Source of the DNA: Firmicutes bacterium UBA4916
Lineage (GTDB): Bacteria > Bacillota > Clostridia > Tissierellales > Tepidimicrobiaceae
Direction: 5' to 3'
DNA length: 64,000 nt
Assembly (NCBI GenBank): GCA_002398845.1
Contig: DHBY01000061.1
Location: 4,475-68,474, forward strand
Shown here piece by piece: positions 9,890 through 19,251 of the stretch (the first letter of the stretch is position 1; each line of letters begins with the position of its first letter). The translations under genes were made by a program, and so were the position numbers. The notes under the pieces were generated by a model. That model was not told the DNA's origin. It did no database searches and saw only the letters and a list, made by a program, of their open reading frames with translations.

Positions 9890-11026
9890 TTAACCCTCCT
9901 TAATAAAAGAAACAATTTCTTCTGGAGTAATTAGCTCCCCATTTACGCGGCCATATCTATCAACTTTTGTAAACTTACCTGCAATTCTATCAACTTCAAG
10001 GAAATACTGTCCCATGTTCATCTCTATTACTGAAATTCTTTTTACCTTCTTTGCAATATCCTCAATCTGTTTTTGTGCCATAGGCCAAATAGTAATAGGT
10101 TTAAACATGCCTACTTTAATTCCTTCTTCTCTTAAAGCATTGATTGCAGATTTTGCAGACCTAGCAGTTGCACCATATGCAACAATTACTTCATCTGCAT
10201 CTTCTAATCTATACTCTTCATATTCTACGATATCATCTACATTATCTTCAATTTTATTGACTAACCTTGTGGTAAGTTCTTCAGCAATTTTATGATCATT
10301 TGTTGGGAGTCCTGTTTCACTATGGACTAATCCTGTAACATGAAATCTATACCCTTCTCCAAAGCTTGCCATTTCTGGCACAATATCTCCTTCCTTAACT
10401 TTATAGGGTAGATATTCTGATGAATTAACTTCAGGCTTTTTTCTATTGTAAATTTTTATTTCATCATCATTAGGTATCTCGATTTTTTCTCTCATATGAG
10501 CTATTACTTCATCCATCAATAATATAACTGGTGTTCTATACTTTTCAGCTAAGTTAAAAGCTCTTATAGTTGTATCATAAATTTCCCTTACTGTAGATGG
10601 ATATAAAACTATTATGGAATGATCTCCATGAGTACCCCATCTAGCCTGCATTATATCACCTTGAGCAGGAGAAGTTGGTAGTCCAGTACTTGGACCTCCT
10701 CTTTGGACATCAACTATGACACAAGGAACTTCTGATATAACTGCATATCCAATACCCTCTTGTTTAAGAGAAAATCCAGGGCCGCTAGTTGCTGTCATTG
10801 ATTTATGCCCAGTTAATGAGGCGCCTATTATGGCACTAATACTTGCAATTTCGTCTTCCATTTGAAGAAATTTTCCACCTATTCTTGGCAATTTTGCTGC
10901 TGATAATTCAGCTATTTCAGTTGAAGGAGTAATTGGATAGCCTGCATAAAATCTCATTCCTGCTGTAATTGCTCCATCTACACATGCTTCATTACCCTGC
11001 ATCAATTTTACAGTTCTTTCCGCCAT
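9890..11026 (-). CDS. 2-oxoacid:ferredoxin oxidoreductase alpha subunit (KorA-like)
   Basis: GYPITPSTE, QMEDEIA, TATSGPG, QRGGPSTGLPT. Confidence 0.93.
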   Translation of the reverse strand: MAERTVKLMQGNEACVDGAITAGMRFYAGYPITPSTEIAELSAAKLPRIGGKFLQMEDEIASISAIIGASLTGHKSMTATSGPGFSLKQEGIGYAVISEVPCVIVDVQRGGPSTGLPTSPAQGDIMQARWGTHGDHSIIVLYPSTVREIYDTTIRAFNLAEKYRTPVILLMDEVIAHMREKIEIPNDDEIKIYNRKKPEVNSSEYLPYKVKEGDIVPEMASFGEGYRFHVTGLVHSETGLPTNDHKIAEELTTRLVNKIEDNVDDIVEYEEYRLEDADEVIVAYGATARSAKSAINALREEGIKVGMFKPITIWPMAQKQIEDIAKKVKRISVIEMNMGQYFLEVDRIAGKFTKVDRYGRVNGELITPEEIVSFIKEG

Positions 11027-11027
11027 T

Positions 11028-11234
11028 TTATTTACCCCCTAAATAAATAGCATAGTCAGGACACCTTAATTCACATTGTCCACATTGAATACAAGCATCC
11101 AAGTTTTTTATAGCTACTTTATTGTTTTTTATTTCTAATACGTTTTTTGGACAAAACTCTACACATATACCGCAACCTTTACACCTTTCTTTTTCCACAG
11201 AAAGTTTTTGCAATGTCTTATTTGACAAAGTCAT
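11028..11234 (-). CDS. 2[4Fe-4S] ferredoxin, oxidoreductase delta subunit
   Basis: CKGCGICVEFCP and CIQCGQCELRCP. Confidence 0.92.
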   Translation of the reverse strand: MTLSNKTLQKLSVEKERCKGCGICVEFCPKNVLEIKNNKVAIKNLDACIQCGQCELRCPDYAIYLGGK

Positions 11235-11264
11235 TTCCCCCTTATTGTGATATTTTCTACTTCA

Positions 11265-11293
11265 ATAATAACAAAGTTATACTAAATATGCAA
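11265..11293 (-). promoter_or_regulatory. SigA-type promoter of the oxidoreductase-RpiR operon
   Basis: Minus strand TTGCAT-17 nt-TATTAT with TG extension; the -35 lies inside the proximal repeat copy. Confidence 0.6.
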
Positions 11294-11345
11294 GATTTAT
11301 TTCATTTTTTTATGAATTTAATTAAATATGCAAGATTTATTTCAT
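11283..11345. repeat. Exact 23-bp direct repeat (40-bp period), imperfect palindrome; candidate RpiR operators
   Basis: TAAATATGCAAGATTTATTTCAT at 11283-11305 and 11323-11345. Confidence 0.8.
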
Positions 11346-11364
11346 CACTAAACAAAAATTTAAA

Positions 11365-11396
11365 TATAAAAACAAGCCCAAGGGCTTGTTTTTATA
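11365..11396 (-). terminator. Intrinsic terminator after oadA-like gene
   Basis: TATAAAAACAAGCCC-AA-GGGCTTGTTTTTATA. Confidence 0.8.
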
Positions 11397-12789
11397 CTGG
11401 ATAAGTTTTAAATTCTTCATTTAATAAATTCGTATCAATTTTATATTTTTCAGCTTGTCTATATTTGAAAAAATCAATAGCAACTTGAGGGAATAATGCA
11501 TAGCTTAGTACATCCTCATCTTGTTCAATATACTCGCTTATCTCTTCTTTCAACCTATCAAGTTCAGGTTCTAATAAATCTGCTGGCCTTCCTGTAAACA
11601 CCTTTTCATCACCTATGATTTTCTTTCTAATTTCTTCTTTTATTGGTACAGTTGGCTTTCCATATAAACCTTTAACATAATTTTTTGTTTCTGTTGGAAT
11701 CATCTTATATCTTTCGCCTAATATTACATTGAAAACTGCTGTAGTTCCAACCATTTGACTCATTGGAGTAACTAATGGTGGATATCCTAAGTCTTCTCTT
11801 ACCCTTGGAACTTCTTTTAATACCTCATCAAATTTATCTAATGCTCCTTGACTCTTTAATTGAGAAACCAAATTAGATAACATACCTCCAGGTACCTGAT
11901 ATTTTAATGTCCTTACGTCTACATTTAACACTTTAGTGTTTAGTAAACCTTCTTTCATATATTTATTTCTTAAATCACTAAAATAATCCGTTATTTCAAG
12001 CAATAAATCCATGTCAATATCAGGATAGTATGGCGAACCTTTTAATGAAGCTATCATAGATTCTGTAGCTGGTTGACTTGTTCCCATACCTAAAGGTGAC
12101 ATTGCAGTATCTATAATATCTGCTCCTGCTTCAATTGCTTTCATATATGTTTGATTGGCTATTCCACTAGTAAAATGAGAGTGAATTTGTATTGGAACGG
12201 ATACCTTTTTCTTCAATCCTTTTACTAATTTTTCTGCTTCATAAGGCATTAATATGCCTGACATATCCTTAATACAAATTGAATCAGCCCCCATTTTTTC
12301 CAATTCTACAGCTAAATTTATATAATAATTATTATTATGAACTGGGCTTGTTGTATAGGATATTGCAGCTTGTGCATGACCGCCATATTTCTTTGTTGCA
12401 TCTAAAGATTTTTTAATGTTTCTTGGATCATTTAATGCATCGAAAATACGAATAATATCTATACCATTTTCGATGGATTTCTTAACAAATTCTTCTACCA
12501 CATCATCAGGATAGTGTTTATACCCCAATAGGTTCTGTCCTCTTAATAGCATTTGTAATTTAGTATTTTTAAAAGCTTTTCTTAATGTCCTTAGCCTTTC
12601 CCATGGATCTTCATTTAAAAAACGTAAACAGGTATCAAATGTTGCTCCTCCCCACACTTCAAGAGAATGAAACCCTACTTTGTCTAATTTTCCTGCTATA
12701 GGTAGCATATCTTCTGTTTTCATCCTAGTTGCAATTAGAGATTGATGTGCATCCCTTAAAGTTGTATCTGTAATCTTTACTTTTGACAT
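11392..12789 (-). CDS. oadA: Oxaloacetate decarboxylase alpha / pyruvate carboxylase B-type carboxyltransferase (no biotinyl domain)
   Basis: TLRDAHQSL.ATR, EVWGGATFD, LRGQNLLGY, IKDMSG, HSH, PGGMLSNL, GYPPLVTP.SQ. Confidence 0.88.
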   Translation of the reverse strand: MSKVKITDTTLRDAHQSLIATRMKTEDMLPIAGKLDKVGFHSLEVWGGATFDTCLRFLNEDPWERLRTLRKAFKNTKLQMLLRGQNLLGYKHYPDDVVEEFVKKSIENGIDIIRIFDALNDPRNIKKSLDATKKYGGHAQAAISYTTSPVHNNNYYINLAVELEKMGADSICIKDMSGILMPYEAEKLVKGLKKKVSVPIQIHSHFTSGIANQTYMKAIEAGADIIDTAMSPLGMGTSQPATESMIASLKGSPYYPDIDMDLLLEITDYFSDLRNKYMKEGLLNTKVLNVDVRTLKYQVPGGMLSNLVSQLKSQGALDKFDEVLKEVPRVREDLGYPPLVTPMSQMVGTTAVFNVILGERYKMIPTETKNYVKGLYGKPTVPIKEEIRKKIIGDEKVFTGRPADLLEPELDRLKEEISEYIEQDEDVLSYALFPQVAIDFFKYRQAEKYKIDTNLLNEEFKTYPV

Positions 12790-12805
12790 TACTATCCCTC
12801 CTATT

Positions 12806-13375
12806 TTATAGTTTTTCTACGCCATAGAGTATTGGCGGATTATGTTTTTGATTTATAAAATTAAATTGTAAAACATTATATTCTTTTTGGTTAAGTGATA
12901 TTAAAAGATCTTCCACAGCTTCCTTTTCTTCTTGCCCACCTTCATGTCCTATATAACAAGTAATCAATAAAAGGCCACTACTTTTTAATAAAGCCAAAGA
13001 TTTTTTCAAGCTCTTCAATGTAGTAAAAGTTGTAGTTTTAATAGACTTATCACCACTTGGTAAATAACCTAAATTGTAAACTATAAAGTCTACTTTATCA
13101 AATATATATTTATCAATGTTTTCATGACCATCTTTGATTAATATTACTCTTTTTGCAAAGCCTGCTTTAGACAATTTCTCCCTAGCTATATCAATTGCTT
13201 GGTTTTGAATATCAAAACCATAAACTCTTCCATTTTCACCTACAAGACTCGCTAAAAATAATGTATCATTTCCATTTCCCACAGTACAATCTATTGCAAT
13301 CTGCCCTTCTTTTATAGTGTATGTCATTATTCTTTTTACAGTTTCTACTGGATTAATAAAATGTTTATAGCTCAT
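12806..13375 (-). CDS. Class I SAM methyltransferase, YtqB/MnmM-like (tRNA nm5s2U methyltransferase)
   Basis: IDCTVGNGNDT, YGFDIQ, YNLGYLPSGDK, YIGHEGG.EE. Confidence 0.8.
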   Translation of the reverse strand: MSYKHFINPVETVKRIMTYTIKEGQIAIDCTVGNGNDTLFLASLVGENGRVYGFDIQNQAIDIAREKLSKAGFAKRVILIKDGHENIDKYIFDKVDFIVYNLGYLPSGDKSIKTTTFTTLKSLKKSLALLKSSGLLLITCYIGHEGGQEEKEAVEDLLISLNQKEYNVLQFNFINQKHNPPILYGVEKL

Positions 13376-13781
13376 CTATATCACCACATGATTTAACATT
13401 AAAAAAATCTTCAATATTTAAATACAATTTATAAAGCCCCATATCTTTTTTCTTATTATATTTAAATCCTCTACCTAATAAATAATCCATACAATTTAAA
13501 CAATACACTTCTTTTACTCCTATTGATTCAGCTTTAAATAATAAAGACCTTAAAATACAATCTCCCAGATTTGAGCCCCTATTTTCCCTTTTAACAACAA
13601 TATATTCTAACACACCATATTCATTTTCTAGACTAATCTTGCCTACGCCAATAATATTGTTATTATCAATTAATATGTACACTATGCCCTTCGATAGATC
13701 ATAATCCTTTATCCTTTCTTTTTCAAGAATAGCCCTTACTTCTCCGTATTCTTCTTTATTAATTTCTCGCAATGTAATCAT
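13365..13781 (-). CDS. GNAT family N-acetyltransferase-like protein
   Basis: IVVKRENRGSNLG acetyl-CoA motif, YLLGRGF; start set at ATG 13781 after AGGCGG (ORF extends to 13817). Confidence 0.7.
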   Translation of the reverse strand: MITLREINKEEYGEVRAILEKERIKDYDLSKGIVYILIDNNNIIGVGKISLENEYGVLEYIVVKRENRGSNLGDCILRSLLFKAESIGVKEVYCLNCMDYLLGRGFKYNKKKDMGLYKLYLNIEDFFNVKSCGDIDEL

Positions 13782-13847
13782 ATAAAGCCCGCCTTTATTA
13801 TTTAACTCTATATTCATTATAATAGATAGTTCATTAAAAAGAAAGTC

Positions 13848-13888
13848 AAAAAAGAAAGCATTATAGCAATTTACACTGCTATAATGCT
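13848..13888 (-). terminator. Intrinsic terminator after rluB
   Basis: GCATTATAGCA...TGCTATAATGC stem followed by TTTCTTTTTT on minus strand. Confidence 0.75.
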
Positions 13889-14594
13889 AAAGCCCCTTCA
13901 GATATCTAACTTCTTTTTCAGTTAAATATCTCCATTTCCCAACTTCTAAATTTCCTAAATCCAATTTACCGATTGATATCCTTTTTAATTTTATTACAGG
14001 ATGTCTAATATATTTACACATTTTTCTTACCTGTCTATTTCTGCCTTCATGGATAGATATCTCTAGTACGGAAGAATCTCTGTATTTCTTGACAATCCTT
14101 ACATAAGCTTCCGCCGTCAATCTACCATCAATTTTTAATCCTTTTTTAAACCTTTCTAATTTTTTAGCATTTGGGATACCTTCTACTAAAGCTATATATT
14201 TCTTTGCTACCTCATGACTTGGGTGAGTTAATTTATAATCTAAATCTCCATCATTAGTCATTAATAATAACCCAGAAGTATCTAAATCGAGTCTGCCTAT
14301 AGGGAATACCCTTTCTTCAATTTCTTCAATTAAATCTAGTATTATTTTTTCACTATGTTTATCTTTTAATGTAGTAACATACCCTTCAGGTTTATTTAAC
14401 ATAATATAAACTTTTCTGCTTTCCATTTCTATTTTGTTATTGTCTACTTTTACTATATCCTTATGTGGATCTACAGTTGTACCTAATTCCTTCACAATCA
14501 TATCATTAACCTTTACTCTGCCTTCTAGTATGATTTCTTCTGATCTTCTTCTAGATGCTACCCCACATTGAGCCATGAACTTTTGTAATCTCAT
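13887..14594 (-). CDS. rluB: S4-domain pseudouridine synthase (RluB/RsuA family)
   Basis: MRLQKFMAQCGVASRR, GRLDLDTSGLLLMTNDG, EGRNRQVRKM; start set at ATG 14594. Confidence 0.9.
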   Translation of the reverse strand: MRLQKFMAQCGVASRRRSEEIILEGRVKVNDMIVKELGTTVDPHKDIVKVDNNKIEMESRKVYIMLNKPEGYVTTLKDKHSEKIILDLIEEIEERVFPIGRLDLDTSGLLLMTNDGDLDYKLTHPSHEVAKKYIALVEGIPNAKKLERFKKGLKIDGRLTAEAYVRIVKKYRDSSVLEISIHEGRNRQVRKMCKYIRHPVIKLKRISIGKLDLGNLEVGKWRYLTEKEVRYLKGL

Positions 14595-14660
14595 TATTTT
14601 CATCCTTTCAGTATTCATTACATACATTTTAGCCTTTTTTATGCTCTTTGTAAAACCATA

Positions 14661-15935
14661 TTATAAATTATCGTATATATTTAGCAAACCTAAATCTTCT
14701 ACCCTATTTTTTATTTGATGTAAATCTGTAGTATATAATCCCTTTTCCACCATCCTCTTAAAATAAGTACTGCCAGCAAAAGTATATCTATCTTTTAACC
14801 CTTCTTCAGTTTGTATCATGTCGTTACCATAGCAAATTAAATCTCCAATGGCTAGTTTAGTTGGTAATTCTAATAGCTCTTTACCCGATATATATCTAAC
14901 ACTATTATATCCAGCTAAACTACCAGTAGTAATTGCTTCTGTATGACCAACAAATAGTCCTGATTTTTCACCTCCACAAAAAAGATTTTTTACTCCTTTA
15001 ACCTTCATTGTATTTTCTCTTGGCGTAACGGATAGATATCTAACAGAATTACCTAATCCCCCTGAATATGGATCTTCATATCTAGCATTTTCTAAACCTT
15101 CAATCTTTCTTAACTTTTCTAATGGATAAAAAGATGTCATCATCTTAGCATGACCTGTATCTAATAATATAATATTTTCACCATATTCCTTCAAAGCATA
15201 TTGTTGGCAAACCTTTTTTGATAGTTTATCCATTTGTATATCTTCCTTAGGTATAGACAATATTACTACCCCATCTTTTTCTAAATCATTTTTTATCTTA
15301 GGGCTTAAAGAATCTTTGCTTAATTTACAAGAACCGCTAAAAGCACCATAAGAACCATCTTTTTTCATCCCCATTATATCATTAACTCCTGCTTTTTGGC
15401 TAATACTAACCCTTGGCCCAAATGAAGGGCATCTTAATATGCACATAGCACACCCATTCCCATATTTAAGACAATTACCCATAGGTCCAGTAGAGCCAGT
15501 AGTATCAATAAAAACATCTCCATAGATTATTTCACCATCGCTTAATATTATTCCTTTTATTTCTTTATCTTCCATTATCACATCTATGGCTCTTCTTTTT
15601 AAATTCACCTCTATTCCCATAGATATAAGTAGCCTTCTAACCTCTGGTTCAATCTTAGTTACATCATATAGATAAGCATGTTTATGTCCAGGAAAGTCAA
15701 TGTTTTTGTGTATAGAAAATCTATCTGTGATTTCAAATAATTCCTTTGCTCCTAAGAAAATATTCTCTTCGGCAGCAGTAAACCGTCCATTATTTCTCAT
15801 TATTCCACCTACATTGCCTAGCCCTATTAACATATCAGTTCTCTCTATTAGAGTAACATTAGCGCCTAATTTTCTTGCAGCAATACTTGCAGCAACCCCT
15901 GCCCAACCTCCACCTATTATAACCACTGTATTCAT
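14661..15935 (-). CDS. FAD-dependent oxidoreductase, GidA/TrmFO-like, uncharacterised
   Basis: IIGGGWAG..A, DTTGS, C-x4-CAMCILRC Cys cluster, NLFCGGEKSG..GHTEA..TG.LAGYN (GidA-like C-terminal FAD motif). Confidence 0.75.
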   Translation of the reverse strand: MNTVVIIGGGWAGVAASIAARKLGANVTLIERTDMLIGLGNVGGIMRNNGRFTAAEENIFLGAKELFEITDRFSIHKNIDFPGHKHAYLYDVTKIEPEVRRLLISMGIEVNLKRRAIDVIMEDKEIKGIILSDGEIIYGDVFIDTTGSTGPMGNCLKYGNGCAMCILRCPSFGPRVSISQKAGVNDIMGMKKDGSYGAFSGSCKLSKDSLSPKIKNDLEKDGVVILSIPKEDIQMDKLSKKVCQQYALKEYGENIILLDTGHAKMMTSFYPLEKLRKIEGLENARYEDPYSGGLGNSVRYLSVTPRENTMKVKGVKNLFCGGEKSGLFVGHTEAITTGSLAGYNSVRYISGKELLELPTKLAIGDLICYGNDMIQTEEGLKDRYTFAGSTYFKRMVEKGLYTTDLHQIKNRVEDLGLLNIYDNL

Positions 15936-15949
15936 TAAAACACCCCATT

Positions 15950-16888
15950 TCAATATATATTTTTAGGATCTATCATAGTCTTACAGGTTTTTATTCTTTC
16001 TCCGTCAATTGTCTTTCGAATGCAAGAACCACATATTCCTTCTCCACAACAAAAGATATTATTATTTGTAACAAATAATCTAATATCTTTTCTATTTTCT
16101 TTTACTATAGAGGCAACTTCTCTATGCAATATTTCAGCGCCAGCGCTGATTATTACATCAATATCATTATCCTTTATAATTTTCTCCAATTTTTTTCTGC
16201 CTTCATTTGATAATAAATTAATATTTTCTATAAATATGTTCTCGCCTGAAATATAATTGAGAATATACAAGGAGTTAATTTTCCCTTTATCTAAGATTAA
16301 AGTTATTTTATTACCTTTGTTAATTAATTTCTTTATTGGTAATAAAATCGAAGATTGACCAATGCCTCTTGCTATTATTAATACATTAGAATTTTCTATA
16401 TTTGATAATTTGTAATCCCCAACTATTCCATTCCAATACGGGCCTCTTACCGTTAATTTATCCCCCAATTGAAAGTTTTTTGTTTTTGGGCCTAACTCCT
16501 GATAAACAATATAGGCATAATTTTCATCCAAATCGAATATTGACATAGGTGTTTCATAATAGTGATTGAACTCAGGCCCCTTAATGAAAATATATGAACC
16601 TATTTTATTTAGTTCTTTCAATAATTCTTTATCTAATTGTATTTTCATTAAAAATAGATTTTCTTCTAAAAGGACCCTTTCTATTATAACTCCAGTAAAA
16701 GTCTTCCTTAAATCACAAGTTTCTTTATTTTGCATAAAGTACTCATACATAATGCAAATTCCGTTCCAATTACAATCACAAAACTCTTTACCGCTGAGCT
16801 GAGAACAAGAAATACAATCCATAGTGCTAGCTAGATTGCAGGGGCAATAACTACTTCCCGCATCTATACAATTGTATAATTTAGCCAT
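15950..16888 (-). CDS. PyrK/sulfide dehydrogenase-like FAD/NAD-binding [2Fe-2S] electron-transfer protein with Cys-rich N-terminus
   Basis: PMSI, RGPYWNG, IARGIG, CCGEGICGSC...C; N-terminal eight-Cys motif. Confidence 0.8.
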   Translation of the reverse strand: MAKLYNCIDAGSSYCPCNLASTMDCISCSQLSGKEFCDCNWNGICIMYEYFMQNKETCDLRKTFTGVIIERVLLEENLFLMKIQLDKELLKELNKIGSYIFIKGPEFNHYYETPMSIFDLDENYAYIVYQELGPKTKNFQLGDKLTVRGPYWNGIVGDYKLSNIENSNVLIIARGIGQSSILLPIKKLINKGNKITLILDKGKINSLYILNYISGENIFIENINLLSNEGRKKLEKIIKDNDIDVIISAGAEILHREVASIVKENRKDIRLFVTNNNIFCCGEGICGSCIRKTIDGERIKTCKTMIDPKNIY

Positions 16889-17027
16889 ATATTATACCTC
16901 CTAAATTATTACTTAATATATAGCATATTTATATTCATGTTCTTTGGTTACAAAATAAACAAAGGTTTCTATGATATTAAATATTTTCTATCAAAGAAAC
17001 CTTTGTTTAAAGTTGTTTGTAAAAAAT

Positions 17028-18125
17028 TTATTTTTTTAAGTTTTTTAAAATCTTTTCTATTGGACTTAATTTTCTAATATTCTCTTTAGTAATAAGTTCC
17101 TCTTCATGTATTAATTTTCCGTCTAAGTATACGTTTATATTACCTACAGTCTCGCCTTTAGTTATGGGTGCCCTAAGTATATCAACTATATTTACATGTA
17201 TCTTAATCTGCTCCAATTCTTCTTCTCTTAATGGATATAAAAATGAGCCTTTAGTAACTATAGGTACATAATCTTTTATCCCACCTACAATAGGAGCTTT
17301 GCTAATATATTGATCCTTATCAAATATTACATAGTCTTTGAAATTTTCAAACCCATAGTTCATAAGGGTATAGCAATCGTTAAACCAATTGCCATCATTC
17401 AATACTACAGATATTAGCTGTGTATCATTCCTTGTAGCACTTGATACCAAACATCTGCCTGCTCTTTTGGTATAGCCAATTTTAACTCCATCTCCACCTT
17501 CGTATTCCCATAAATTATTGTTCTTATTATAAAATATATTGTTTTTATCCCTATTAGCTTTCCATATCTTTGTTTTTGATATTTCTTTAAATTCTTCTTT
17601 TTTCATAGCCTCTCTTGTAATTAATGCTAAATCATAAGCTGTGGTATAGTGATTGTCATCATGAAGACCATGGGGATTCATAAAATTTGTATTATTAGCA
17701 CCTATTTCTATAGCTTTCTTATTCATCATATTAATAAACTCTTCTTGGGTTTCTCCAATAAAGTTTGCAATTGATACTGCAGAATCATTCCCTGATCTCA
17801 ACATTAAACCGTATAATAAATCTTCTAAAGAGATAACTTCTCCTTCATAAAGATATATACTGGATCCTTCTATGCCAATCTCATCTCTTTTTATTTTAAC
17901 TTTATCGTCTAATTCTCCATTTTCTAAAGCTACTAATGCTGTCATTATCTTTGTTGTGCTAGCCATTGGTAATTTTATATGAGGATTATATTCTAAAAGC
18001 ACTCTTCCAGACTTAGAATCTATAAGTATAGCCGCTTGAGCACTAATGCCTGGCTTTTCACAATAAGAATACCCATTTGTTAAAAAAGTTATTATTAAAA
18101 TTAATAAGAATATCTTTTTCTTCAA
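17028..18125 (-). CDS. dacB: D-alanyl-D-alanine carboxypeptidase (DacB-like, peptidase S11)
   Basis: ASTTK (SxxK), SGND (SxN), KIG in place of KTG; start TTG 18125 behind GGAGG. Confidence 0.85.
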   Translation of the reverse strand: MKKKIFLLILIITFLTNGYSYCEKPGISAQAAILIDSKSGRVLLEYNPHIKLPMASTTKIMTALVALENGELDDKVKIKRDEIGIEGSSIYLYEGEVISLEDLLYGLMLRSGNDSAVSIANFIGETQEEFINMMNKKAIEIGANNTNFMNPHGLHDDNHYTTAYDLALITREAMKKEEFKEISKTKIWKANRDKNNIFYNKNNNLWEYEGGDGVKIGYTKRAGRCLVSSATRNDTQLISVVLNDGNWFNDCYTLMNYGFENFKDYVIFDKDQYISKAPIVGGIKDYVPIVTKGSFLYPLREEELEQIKIHVNIVDILRAPITKGETVGNINVYLDGKLIHEEELITKENIRKLSPIEKILKNLKK

Positions 18126-18178
18126 ATTGTTTCCTCCCATTATGGTAAAGTAATAGAAGCAGAATCCTTATCTGCTTC

Positions 18179-18619
18179 TTAGTGAATATTAATTCCATCA
18201 TTATCTAAATTGCTAGAAGGTTTAGTTTTATCCTTACTTACAGCTTGTTGTATATTATCTGTTACTTTTGTCATAAAATCAAATAAACTACTTAAAGCCG
18301 TATTACCTTCATCTACTGTTAATAGCTTAATTTGTTCATTTCCTACGACTATAAAACCAACTGGTTGTACTGAAACCCCAGCCCCACTCCCTCCTCCAAA
18401 AGGCAGCCTCTCATCAGATGCAATTTGTTCCTTGGCATTTTTGTTTTTATTAAATTCGGTGCCCCCTGATGCAAAACCAAAGCAAATCTTAGATACTGGA
18501 ATAATAACCAATCCATCAGATGATTGTACTGGATCTCCAATTATAGTATTTACATCCACCATTTCTTTTAAACTATCCATTGTAGTTTTCATTAACCCTT
18601 CTATTGGATGCTCTGTCAT
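18179..18619 (-). CDS. ytfJ: GerW/YtfJ family sporulation protein
   Basis: HPIEGLMKTTM, MVDVNTIIGDP, GFASGG, PFGGGSGAGVSVQPVGF. Confidence 0.92.
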   Translation of the reverse strand: MTEHPIEGLMKTTMDSLKEMVDVNTIIGDPVQSSDGLVIIPVSKICFGFASGGTEFNKNKNAKEQIASDERLPFGGGSGAGVSVQPVGFIVVGNEQIKLLTVDEGNTALSSLFDFMTKVTDNIQQAVSKDKTKPSSNLDNDGINIH

Positions 18620-19157
18620 TTTCTTCACCACCTTTATATAGTTTTAAAGACCTAATCCATACAGTAATAATATAAACCATTTTTATTTTTATTATGCAAA
18701 CAAAGCTAATGTCCAATTGGTTTTCATTAAATATAGGTGTTACGTCAATATCTATATTATCTATTTTTTTATTTGTTAAAATAAAGCTAACAATAATACT
18801 TTTAAAGTTCCATAAGATTCCATATATTATACTCACTAAAAAAGCATCGGTCAAACCAATTTTAGTATTCCAGCTAATATTTTCAAAAATGGATTTATCC
18901 CATATATAATCAATTAATCGCCTATATTGTGAATCTTTTATAATTGGCTTTATACTATTAAGAGTATTAAATTTATTATTTTCCCTTTTGTTTTTATCAA
19001 ATGGATACAGCTCAGGCTTAAATAATCCAAATAGATAAGAGGTTGAAATATTTAATCTGCTATTGTCACTACTATATGTATATTTAATTTCAAATTTGAC
19101 AGGTAGATATAGAAGGGAAAAAAAGAATATAGGTATAAGGACTAGTAGGTATTTCAT
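18573..19157 (-). CDS. DUF2953 (YtfI-like) protein
   Basis: N-terminal TM, IG..DA...I.YG..W motif, position directly upstream of ytfJ. Confidence 0.75.
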   Translation of the reverse strand: MKYLLVLIPIFFFSLLYLPVKFEIKYTYSSDNSRLNISTSYLFGLFKPELYPFDKNKRENNKFNTLNSIKPIIKDSQYRRLIDYIWDKSIFENISWNTKIGLTDAFLVSIIYGILWNFKSIIVSFILTNKKIDNIDIDVTPIFNENQLDISFVCIIKIKMVYIITVWIRSLKLYKGGEENDRASNRRVNENYNG

Positions 19158-19206
19158 GGTTTCACCTCTATAATATTTTCAAATTTACTATTATTAATAT
19201 CTTTCC

Positions 19207-19247
19207 AAAAAATAAAAGAATAATACATCTTTTGTATTATTCTTTTA
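19207..19247 (-). terminator. Intrinsic terminator after scpB
   Basis: TAAAAGAATAATACA-loop-TGTATTATTCTTTTA, U-run on minus strand. Confidence 0.7.
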
Positions 19248-19251
19248 AATC

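Noticed and set aside
11283-11345. Direct repeat as a mini-CRISPR
   Set aside because: Only two copies, 17-nt spacer, no cas genes; it overlaps a promoter
18349-18540. Alternative-frame minus-strand ORF inside ytfJ (likewise 63599-63793 inside pilC)
   Set aside because: Fully nested out of frame in conserved genes, no SD or motifs
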